Origin: Planctomycetota bacterium
Lineage (GTDB): Bacteria > Planctomycetota > UBA1135 > UBA2386
Assembly (NCBI GenBank): GCA_965228735.1
Contig: OZ245838.1
Span: 960,001 to 1,024,000, forward strand
Length of the DNA stretch: 64,000 nt
Direction of reading: 5' to 3'
In this document: piece after piece, positions 21,826-29,741 of the stretch
Position numbering within the stretch: the stretch's first letter is position 1
How the letters are laid out: the number at the start of each line of letters is the position of its first letter
Made by a program: the position numbers and the translations under genes
The notes under the pieces: generated by a model
Told to the model about the DNA's origin: nothing
Database searches by the model: none
Seen by the model: the letters and a program-made list of their open reading frames with translations, nothing else

Positions 21826-23265
21826 ATGCCGATCCGCCTTCACAACTCGTTCACCCGCCAGCTCGAAGAGCTGCGTCCGCTCGTGCCTGGCAAGGTGACG
21901 ATGTACAACTGTGGGCCCACGGTCTACAGCTCGCCGCACATCGGCAACTTCCGCAGCTTCCTCTTCGCCGACGTTCTGCGGCGCTTCCTGGAGGACCAGG
22001 GACTCGAGGTCACGCAGGTGATGAACATCACCGATGTGGGCCACCTCACGCTCGACGATGTCGAGGGCGGCGAGGACAAGATGGAGGCGGCGTCGAAGAA
22101 GACCGGCAAGACCGCCTGGGAGATCGCCGAGCACTACATCCGCGAGTTCGAGGACTGCCAGCAGAAGCTGCGCGTGCGTTTGCCGCACCATATGCCGCGG
22201 GCGACCGACTTCATCCCGCAGATGGGCGCGATCATCGGCGATCTGCTCGACAAGGGCGTGGCGTACCAGGTGAACGGCGACGTCTACTTCGCGATCGAGA
22301 AGTTCCCCGGCTACGGGCAGCTGTCCGGCAAGAAGCTGGAAGAACTCGTCGAGGGCGCGCGCGTCGCCGTGAACGACGACAAGAAGGACCCGCGCGACTT
22401 CGCGCTGTGGAAGACGGACGACCAGCACCAGATGCAGTGGGACGCGCCGTTCCCCGGCGGCGCGCGCGGCTTCCCGGGCTGGCACATCGAGTGCTCCGCG
22501 ATGGCGATGCACTACCTCGGCAAGGCGGTCGACATCCACACGGGTGGCGAGGACAACGTCTTTCCGCACCACGAATGTGAGATCGCGCAGAGCGAGGCGC
22601 ACACCGGTGAGCGCTTCGTGTCGATCTGGATGCACGCGCGCCATCTGCTCGTCGACAACACCAAGATGTCGAAGAGCCTCGGCAACTTCTTCACGGTCGC
22701 CGACATCCTCGCGAAGGGCTACTCCGGGCTCGAGCTGCGCTACGCGCTGATTCGGGTGCAGTATCGCCAGACGCTCAACTTCACGCTCGACGGGCTCGTC
22801 GAGGCGCGAGCGGCGATCGATCGCGTGCAGCGTTGTCGGGCTCGGTTGGCGCGGGTGCGGGACGGCGCCGAGAGCGCGGGTGACGACGACCTCGCCGCGG
22901 CCGTCGACGCGGCCGGCACGGCGTTCACGGCCGCGATGAGCGAAGACCTGAACGTGAGCCTCGCGCTCGGCAAGGTCTTCGACTTCGTCGCGGCGTGCAA
23001 CAAGGCGGCGCCGTCCGTCGCGGGGGCGACCGCGGCGCTCGAGATGTTCGCCCGGTTCGAAGACGTGCTCGCCTGTTTCGGCGAGGAGCCCGCGGCCGAC
23101 ACTGCGGCCGGCGCGCCGCCCGAACTCCTGCAGAAGCTCGAGGCGCGGACGGCCGCGAAGAAGGCGAAGGACTGGCCGGCGGCGGACGCGCTGCGCGACG
23201 AGATCGCCGCGGCCGGCTGGAAGATCGTCGACACGCCGCAGGGCCCGCGGCTCGAGCCCGCGTAG
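21826..23265 (+). CDS. cysS: Cysteine--tRNA ligase
   Basis: [62 protein letters not shown] at 21810-21814. Confidence 0.98.
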   Translation: MPIRLHNSFTRQLEELRPLVPGKVTMYNCGPTVYSSPHIGNFRSFLFADVLRRFLEDQGLEVTQVMNITDVGHLTLDDVEGGEDKMEAASKKTGKTAWEIAEHYIREFEDCQQKLRVRLPHHMPRATDFIPQMGAIIGDLLDKGVAYQVNGDVYFAIEKFPGYGQLSGKKLEELVEGARVAVNDDKKDPRDFALWKTDDQHQMQWDAPFPGGARGFPGWHIECSAMAMHYLGKAVDIHTGGEDNVFPHHECEIAQSEAHTGERFVSIWMHARHLLVDNTKMSKSLGNFFTVADILAKGYSGLELRYALIRVQYRQTLNFTLDGLVEARAAIDRVQRCRARLARVRDGAESAGDDDLAAAVDAAGTAFTAAMSEDLNVSLALGKVFDFVAACNKAAPSVAGATAALEMFARFEDVLACFGEEPAADTAAGAPPELLQKLEARTAAKKAKDWPAADALRDEIAAAGWKIVDTPQGPRLEPA

Positions 23266-23320
23266 CGCCGAAACGGCGATTCGGGCTGACCGCGCCGAGG
23301 CGCGATCCGTAAGAACGGGC

Positions 23321-24571
23321 ATGCGCGCTGCTCTCTGGCTCGGTCTCGTCGGCTCCGTTCTGCTCGGTTCGTTCGGTGCCGGGGCATGTGCTGGTCTGCT
23401 CGCTCAGGATCCGCAGGGCCATGGTCAGGGGCGGGGCCAGGGCGATCCCGCGCCGCCGGCGCCGGTCTCCGCGCCGGCCGCGGCCGACCCGGCGATCGAG
23501 CAGGCGTTCCGGGAGCACCTGGGCGCGATGCGGGCGGCGCGGGGCTTCTGCGGCGCATCCGTGGCCGCGGTGTTGCCGGGTGGCGCGATCGCCGCGGTCG
23601 CGGTGGGCGAGGACGCCGCCGGCGCGACGCTCACGCCGCACACGCGCCTGATGTCGGGCAGCATCGGCAAGACCTATTGCGCCGCGGTCGTGCTGCAGCT
23701 CGTCGGCGAGGGCAAGCTCGAGCTCGACGGCAAGGTCGTCGATGTGCTGGGCGAACGGGAGTGGTACGCGCGCATCCCGAACGCGCAGTCGATCACGATC
23801 CGGCAGCTGCTCAATCACACGGCCGGGATCCGGGAGCACGTCTGGAACCCGGAGTTCCACAAGGCGCTCGAACGCGAGCCGGACACCGCGTTGACGCCGA
23901 CGCAGTGCCTCGCGTTCGTGCTCGACGACGACCCGCTGTTCCCGGCGGGCGAGCGCTTCGCCTATGCCGACACCAACTATCTGCTCGCCGGCCTCTGCGT
24001 CGAGGAGGTCACGGGCGCGCCGTTCGCGGTCGCGTTGCGGCACCGCCTGCTCGAACCGCTCGGGCTCGAGGATACGGCTTGGAACGACAGCCGCGTGATG
24101 CCGAAGCTCGCGTGTGGGGACGCGAGCGGGCTCGCGTTCACGAAGGGGAAGACCACGCGGGACGGGAAGTACTTCGTCAACCCGGCCTTCGAATACTGCG
24201 GCGGCGGCGTGCGGTCGACGCCGACCGATCTCGCGCGGTGGACGCGCGCGCTGTTCGCGGGCGATGTCGTGCCCGAGGCGCTGCGCGCCGACCATCGCCG
24301 CGGGGTCAAGGCGCCGGGGCACGTCTCCGGGAGCTACGGACTCGGCTGCTTCACGGGCCCGTCACGGCACGGGCCGGCGTTCGGGCATTCCGGTATCATG
24401 CCGGGCTTCCTGAGCTACACGCTGTGGTTCGAGGAGCACGATCTGACGGTTGCACTGCAGTTCCCGACCGACGACGTGCGCCGCCTCGGCGACCTGCGGC
24501 GCCATGTCGAGGACCTCGCGGACAAGGCGCTGGTCGAACTCCGCAAGAAGGGCGCGGCGAAGGACGAGTAG
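23321..24571 (+). CDS. Secreted serine hydrolase (beta-lactamase/D-Ala-D-Ala carboxypeptidase family)
   Basis: Signal peptide; SxxK (GSIGK), LLNHTAG, FAYADTNY, GHSG. Confidence 0.88.
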   Translation: MRAALWLGLVGSVLLGSFGAGACAGLLAQDPQGHGQGRGQGDPAPPAPVSAPAAADPAIEQAFREHLGAMRAARGFCGASVAAVLPGGAIAAVAVGEDAAGATLTPHTRLMSGSIGKTYCAAVVLQLVGEGKLELDGKVVDVLGEREWYARIPNAQSITIRQLLNHTAGIREHVWNPEFHKALEREPDTALTPTQCLAFVLDDDPLFPAGERFAYADTNYLLAGLCVEEVTGAPFAVALRHRLLEPLGLEDTAWNDSRVMPKLACGDASGLAFTKGKTTRDGKYFVNPAFEYCGGGVRSTPTDLARWTRALFAGDVVPEALRADHRRGVKAPGHVSGSYGLGCFTGPSRHGPAFGHSGIMPGFLSYTLWFEEHDLTVALQFPTDDVRRLGDLRRHVEDLADKALVELRKKGAAKDE

Positions 24572-24592
24572 CCTGGGCACCGTACCCAACAT

Positions 24593-24617
24593 GGAACCCG
24601 GAAGAACTTCGCTCGTA
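24593..24617 (+). promoter_or_regulatory. Candidate ECF-sigma promoter upstream of msrB
   Basis: GGAAC (24593-24597), 16-nt spacer, CGTA (24614-24617), 33 nt before the msrB ATG. Confidence 0.45.
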
Positions 24618-24650
24618 GGACCGGCAGTTCTCGTACCCTAGGAACCTGCC

Positions 24651-25301
24651 ATGATCCGTTCTACCGCGCTCGTTTCGCTCGCCCTGCTCGCCCTGCTCGT
24701 TCTGCTGCCGGCATGTGGCACCGGTGCGGCCGAGCGTTCACCCGATGGCGCGCCGCTCGCCGAGGATCAGCCCGATCGCATCGCGCTTGCCCAGCCGGCC
24801 GACGAGCCCACCGTCACCACACCGGCGCAGGAGTCGCCCGCACCCGAGACCAAGAAGTCGATGACCGAGTCCACCGAGAAGTCCGACGTTCCGAACGCAT
24901 CCGACGGCTACAACGAGCTGACCGCGGAGGAGGCGCGCGTGATCCTGCACAAGGGCACGGAATGGCGCGGCACGGGCGAGTACACCGACCTCGACGACAA
25001 GGGCACCTACATCTGCCGGCAGTGCAACATCCCGCTCTACACGAGCGATCAGAAGTTCCACAGCGGCTGCGGTTGGCCCGCGTTCGACGACGAGATCGAA
25101 GGGCGCGTCGATCGCGTGCCGGATGCCGATGGCATGCGCACCGAGATCGTCTGCAACAACTGCAAGGGCCACCTCGGACACGTGTTCCTCGGCGAGGGCT
25201 ACACGAAGACGAACACGCGGCACTGCGTGAACTCGATCTCGATGATCTTCGTGCCGGCGGGCAAGGAACTGCCGGCGCCGATCGTGCTCGACGAGAAGTA
25301 G
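24651..25301 (+). CDS. msrB: Peptide methionine-(R)-sulfoxide reductase with lipoprotein signal
   Basis: KGTE, YICRQC, KFHSGCGWPAF, RTEIVCNNCKGHLGHVF, RHCVNS; N-terminal lipobox LLPAC. Confidence 0.95.
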   Translation: MIRSTALVSLALLALLVLLPACGTGAAERSPDGAPLAEDQPDRIALAQPADEPTVTTPAQESPAPETKKSMTESTEKSDVPNASDGYNELTAEEARVILHKGTEWRGTGEYTDLDDKGTYICRQCNIPLYTSDQKFHSGCGWPAFDDEIEGRVDRVPDADGMRTEIVCNNCKGHLGHVFLGEGYTKTNTRHCVNSISMIFVPAGKELPAPIVLDEK

Positions 25302-25322
25302 GGTCCTCGTCGAGCGCGCGGG

Positions 25323-26420
25323 CTACCGCGGTCGCAGCACGTCGAAGCGCACGGGCTCCATCCGCGCCAGCTTGCGGTGGACCTCCTTCAGCTGGTCACG
25401 GCACGCGTCGATGTCGAGCTGCAGACCCTGGCTCTCGACCCGCGCTTCGAACAGCTCCTTGCGCTGCCGATCGAGCCGCGCCATGACCTCGTCGTGGGTC
25501 TTCTGCGTCGCCTCGAGGCTCTGCAGGCGTGCCCGCCGGCGTTCGAGCTCGACCGTGACGGTCGGCAGCTCCGCAAGGACCGACGTCAGCATCTTCTGAA
25601 CGTCCATGTCCTGCTGCAGGAGCCGGTCCCTTTCGACCTGCAGGTTCTCGTGCTCCGCCGTGAGGTTCGCGAGCTCGTCCTGCAGCGCGAGCACCTCCTT
25701 CTTTGCTTGGACCGTCGCGATCCGATCGCGCAACGCGGAGAGCTTGGTCGCGACCGTGTTCAGCTCGACGTTGACCTTGTCCGTGCGCACCATGAGCACG
25801 TGGCGCTGGTTGGAGTAGTCGCGCGTGACCTTCTCGAGCCGTTCCACGGCCCGTTCCTCGGTGGCCACGTTGATCCGGGCCTCGGCGGCGTCGGCCGTGA
25901 CCGCGTGCATCGAGTCGCGGTGGCGGGCGATCTCCGCCGCCAGGGTGCCGGTCTTCTCCGTCAGCTTCTCCTGCACCATCATGAGTTTGCCGAGTTCCAC
26001 CGTCAGGCGGTGGCAGCGCTCCTGCAGGCGGGAACGCGGCTCCTCGTGGAGCAGGTAGTCGATCCGCTTCTCGACGTGCGCCCGGACCGCGTCGATGACC
26101 GCGTCGGGCTTCGGGGGTTCGGCGTCCGACCGAAGCTGCAATTCGATCGTGAAGTGCAGCTGGTAGGTGCCGGGTTCCTGGCCCGACGGCTCCTCGACGT
26201 AGATCGGCTCGAAGCCCTGGATCCGGTCGCCGAACTGGCGCTCGAACGCAGCGCCGACCTCGGGCTCGTTCGCGATCGCGCGGGCGAGGCTGGCGTTGAG
26301 CATCAGGTCGGTCGGCCCGGTGCGCACGATCAGCACGAACTCCTGGGCCGGCAACGACTCGGTCAGGGCCGCGAGCGGCAGGCAGCAGAACAGGGCGGTG
26401 GCGAAGGGTCGGTGCATCAT
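25323..26420 (-). CDS. Secreted long coiled-coil hypothetical protein
   Basis: Signal peptide ending SLPA|Q; roughly 220 aa of heptad-rich E/Q/R/L sequence; start overlaps the upstream gene's stop. Confidence 0.7.
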   Translation of the reverse strand: MMHRPFATALFCCLPLAALTESLPAQEFVLIVRTGPTDLMLNASLARAIANEPEVGAAFERQFGDRIQGFEPIYVEEPSGQEPGTYQLHFTIELQLRSDAEPPKPDAVIDAVRAHVEKRIDYLLHEEPRSRLQERCHRLTVELGKLMMVQEKLTEKTGTLAAEIARHRDSMHAVTADAAEARINVATEERAVERLEKVTRDYSNQRHVLMVRTDKVNVELNTVATKLSALRDRIATVQAKKEVLALQDELANLTAEHENLQVERDRLLQQDMDVQKMLTSVLAELPTVTVELERRRARLQSLEATQKTHDEVMARLDRQRKELFEARVESQGLQLDIDACRDQLKEVHRKLARMEPVRFDVLRPR

Positions 26421-26896
26421 CGGTTCGTCCTCGATTGGGTGTTCTCGGTTGGTGCCATCCGGCCGGCGCGGGGGCTCCCGGCGAGCGCGAGCGCCGCCTC
26501 GGCGCGCACGGTCGCGAGCTGGTTGTCCAGGTGCGCGCGCCGCGCCGCGTCGGCGACGCGGGCCCGATCGTGCGCCCGGCTCGCGCGTAGGTCGGCAACC
26601 GAGTTCGCGACGTCCCGCTCGAGGCGGTCGGCGGCGCGCGTCAGCGCCGCGATCATCGCCGCGGATGCCGGCTCCGAGTCGCCCGGCGCGTCGCGGTCGT
26701 GATCGAGCGTTTGCGCATTCTGGTAGGCGAACAGGCCCGTCGCGACCACGAGCGCCGCGATGGCGGCGCCGGCGACGCGTCGGCGCGCCCGGTTCCGGCC
26801 GAGCCGCTCGACGTCGATGGGCGGGGCCGACGTCGGGGGCAATGCCGCATCAGTGGCCGCGAGCCGTGCCAGCATCGTGCTCTCGCGCTCGCTCAT
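26417..26896 (-). CDS. Putative anti-sigma factor (single TM)
   Basis: Overlaps the ECF sigma stop; short cytoplasmic N-terminus, RRRV plus TM helix, extracytoplasmic helical tail. Confidence 0.6.
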   Translation of the reverse strand: MSERESTMLARLAATDAALPPTSAPPIDVERLGRNRARRRVAGAAIAALVVATGLFAYQNAQTLDHDRDAPGDSEPASAAMIAALTRAADRLERDVANSVADLRASRAHDRARVADAARRAHLDNQLATVRAEAALALAGSPRAGRMAPTENTQSRTNR

Positions 26897-27480
26897 GCGT
26901 CGCGCTCCTGCAGATCGAGTAGCTCACGCAGGCGATTCCGGGCGCGCGAGAGTCGGGCGTCGACGGCCGCGCGTGAACACCCGAGCAGCTCGCCGACCTC
27001 GGTGACGTCTCGCTGTTCGAGGTATCGGAGCACGAGCACCTCGCGATCCTGATGGGACAGCCGCTGCATCGCGGCGTGGGTGGCATCGAGCCGGGTGTCC
27101 CCGTCGCAGGGGCCGCCGAGGGGGCCTGCCGCGGCGACGGGCTCCGTTACGAGCCCGAGCCAGCCGAAGAACCGCCGCCGCCGCCGCTGCGCGCGCGTGT
27201 GGCTGTTGGTCTTGTTCACCGCGATCCGGTGGAGCCAGGTCGAAACGCCCGCATGGCCGCGGAACGAGTCGCGATGGCGCCACGCCGCGAGCAGGGTCTC
27301 CTGCAGAACGTCGTCCACCTCGCTGCTGCCAGCGGGCCAGCCGAGCAGGCGGTGGATGAGTCGGCGCAGACGCGGCTGCTCGGCCGTGAGCAGCTCGACG
27401 GAGCACTCGGTTGCCGCCGGAGCCCCGGCCCGGTCGGCGTCGTTGCCGAGACTGCGGGACTCGTGGTTCCAGGCGGGCAT
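26893..27480 (-). CDS. RNA polymerase ECF-type sigma-70 factor
   Basis: Region 2 EVDDVLQETLLAAWR...FRG...TWLHRIAVN; region 4 LSHQDREVLVLRY...EVGELLGCSRAAVDARLSRARNRL. Confidence 0.92.
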   Translation of the reverse strand: MPAWNHESRSLGNDADRAGAPAATECSVELLTAEQPRLRRLIHRLLGWPAGSSEVDDVLQETLLAAWRHRDSFRGHAGVSTWLHRIAVNKTNSHTRAQRRRRRFFGWLGLVTEPVAAAGPLGGPCDGDTRLDATHAAMQRLSHQDREVLVLRYLEQRDVTEVGELLGCSRAAVDARLSRARNRLRELLDLQERDA

Positions 27481-27587
27481 GGCGAACGCAATCGACACGG
27501 TAGCCGTCTGACTCCGGTCGGTGGGCGGATCTGACAGGCAGTTCGAGGAATCGTGGACGCGACGGGGGAACGGCTATGCTCCGTGGC

Positions 27588-27986
27588 ATGAGACCTGCGC
27601 AGCAACTCGCCGCCGGCTGCGCGATCGTGTTCGCGATCGCGCTGTCTGGCTGCACCGTGTTCGACGACGAACAGCGGCGGACTCTCAACTGGCTCGACGA
27701 GAGTCTCGCCCCGGAAAGCGCCGGTGCGCGCTACGCGGTGCTGCCCGTCGCCGTGCCCGTCGGATTCGTGGCTCTCACGGCCGACGCCGTCGTCGTGAAC
27801 CCCGTGATGTCGATCGACGACGCGTGGCTCGACACCCGCGACCTGCTGTGGACCCGCGGGGAGGACGTCTCGAATCTGCGCCGGGTCCTCGTGGCGCCGT
27901 TCGCTGCCGCGGCGACGCCGATCGTGTTCGCCGGCAACTGGCTGGGCCGGTGCCTGTTCCCGTTCGACCCGTACGAGGCCGAGTGA
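27588..27986 (+). CDS. Small hydrophobic predicted lipoprotein (paralogue of the downstream gene)
   Basis: Lipobox LSGC; motif LPVAVPVG...D...P...DDAWLDT shared with the next gene; TATGCT 7 nt upstream of the ATG. Confidence 0.7.
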   Translation: MRPAQQLAAGCAIVFAIALSGCTVFDDEQRRTLNWLDESLAPESAGARYAVLPVAVPVGFVALTADAVVVNPVMSIDDAWLDTRDLLWTRGEDVSNLRRVLVAPFAAAATPIVFAGNWLGRCLFPFDPYEAE

Positions 27987-28770
27987 TGCATCGCCGCCGA
28001 TCTGCTGCCGCGCGCGCCGCCGTGCTCGCGCTCCTCGCGATGCTGTCGTCGTCCTGCGCGTTCGCCAACCCGGCCAACCGGCCGGTGTGGAACGCGTTCG
28101 AGGACAACCTCGTGCCCGAATCCGACGGGGCGTTCTGGGCGACCTTGCCGTTGACCGCGCCGGTCGGGGTGCTCGCGATCCTCGTCGATACCTTCGTCGC
28201 GCACCCGCTGCAGGTCGTCGACGACGCGTGGGACGACACGGTCTCGATTGGACGGATCTGCCGTTCGACGAGGAGTACTACACGACGAGCGCGTCGCTGC
28301 CGTTCCGGGCGGTCGGGACCCCGCTGATGTTCGCGGGCTCGTTCCTCGCGCGCAGCGTGTTCGACATCCACGAACCGCTCGATCAGGAGGAACGCCGCCA
28401 GAAGCGCCAGGCGACCCGGCGGAAGGCGGTGCTCGAGTGGCTCGAGCGGATCGAGAACGGGGAGAACCCGAACGTCCAGCGCCGCTTCCCCGAGGTGATC
28501 GACGAGGACGTCGTGGCCGCGGTGCAGCGCGCGCTCGCGCAGGGCGGGGCGCACGCGCGGATCCGGGTCTATCGCGCGGTCACCCGTTCGGAGGATCCGA
28601 CGATCGTCGATTGGCTCGCCGCGCTGCGGGATCCGTCGGGCGTCGTCCGCTACGAGGTGCTCGACCTCATGCCGAAGTCGATCGAGGTGCCGGCGCCGCG
28701 GATCGAGGAGCTGCTGGCCGATCCGGATCAGGCCGTTCGCGAGCGCGCGGCGGAACGTTGGCGACCGTGA
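27986..28770 (+). CDS. Predicted lipoprotein with C-terminal HEAT-like repeats; 1-bp frameshift near 28248
   Basis: TGATG-coupled start, lipobox LSSSC, DDAWDDTVS in one frame continuing as WTDLPFDEE...ALRDPSGVVRYEVL...LLADPDQAVRERAA in the -1 frame. Reading TT at 28248-28249 as TTT restores the frame. Confidence 0.7.
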
Positions 28771-29711
28771 GCCGGCAAATCGAGCTCACGGCCGCGGAGA
28801 ACGACCAGCGCTTCGACCGCTACCTGCGCAAGCTGCTGCCGGCGATGCCGCTCGGCGCGATCATGAAGCACCTGCGCAGCGGCCGGATCCGCGTCGACGG
28901 CAAGAAGGTGAAGGGCGCGTTGCGGCTCGCCGAGGGCATGGTCGTGGAGCTGCGGCTGTCGCCGGCCGACCTCGCGGCCCTGGCGTCGGCCGACCGGCAT
29001 CCGGCCAGTCGCGGCGAACAGCCGTCTGCTGCCGCGCCGGCGCCCGCCTACCGCGGGCCCGTGCCGCGGCAGGTGCACTCCGACAAGGACGTGCTCGTCG
29101 TCGCCAAGCCGTCGGGTCTGGCGGTGCATCCCGGCAGCGGCCACCGCGGCGACACCCTCGTCGACTGGCTGAACGCCTCCGGGCGCGGCACCCGGACGGC
29201 GACCTTCGCGCCCGCGCCGGCGCATCGCCTCGATCGCGAGACGAGCGGCCTGCTCGCGATCGGGCTGTCGCCCGCCGGGCTCGCCGGCCTCACCGCCGCG
29301 TTCCGTGAGGACGCGGTCGAGAAGGTCTACTACGCGGTCGTCGACGGGCGGTTGAGCCGGGAGTCGGGCACGATCGACGAGCCGTTGCGGACGGTCCGCG
29401 CCGCCAGCAGCAGCGAGCCCAAGGTCGTCGTCGATACCAGCTCCGGCCAGGCCGCCCACACCGACTACGAGGTCGTCGAGCAGCAGCGCAACGCGGCGCT
29501 CGTTCGACTGCGTCCGCGGACGGGACGAACGCACCAGCTGCGCGTCCACCTCGCCGCGCTGGGGCACCCGATCCGGGGCGATCGCCGCTACGGCGGGTCG
29601 GTCGCGCGGCGTCTGATGCTGCACGCCGGCGAGCTGCGCTTTCGCCACCCCGTGAGCGGTGCCGCGTTGCGTCTGACCGAGCCGCTGCCGGCCGGATTCG
29701 CCATGCAATAG
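28767..29711 (+). CDS. RluA/RluC-family pseudouridine synthase with S4 domain
   Basis: QRFDRYLRK (S4), AKPSGLAVH, catalytic HRLDRETSG, TGRTHQLRVH, GDRRYG, LHA. Confidence 0.93.
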   Translation: MSRQIELTAAENDQRFDRYLRKLLPAMPLGAIMKHLRSGRIRVDGKKVKGALRLAEGMVVELRLSPADLAALASADRHPASRGEQPSAAAPAPAYRGPVPRQVHSDKDVLVVAKPSGLAVHPGSGHRGDTLVDWLNASGRGTRTATFAPAPAHRLDRETSGLLAIGLSPAGLAGLTAAFREDAVEKVYYAVVDGRLSRESGTIDEPLRTVRAASSSEPKVVVDTSSGQAAHTDYEVVEQQRNAALVRLRPRTGRTHQLRVHLAALGHPIRGDRRYGGSVARRLMLHAGELRFRHPVSGAALRLTEPLPAGFAMQ

Positions 29712-29741
29712 CGGCCGGCTCGCGCTACGAACGACCGACAT

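Noticed and set aside
23255..23310. Hairpins after cysS as an ncRNA or T-box
   Set aside because: These are short GC stems downstream of the gene with no U-tract or T-box features; at most a weak terminator.
18433..23322. Apparent giant overlapping ORFs (1629 aa minus, 1431 aa plus) suggesting extended kinase or cysS proteins
   Set aside because: Each is a real gene extended through the antisense of its divergent neighbour. The plausible starts are 21792 (-) and 21826 (+).
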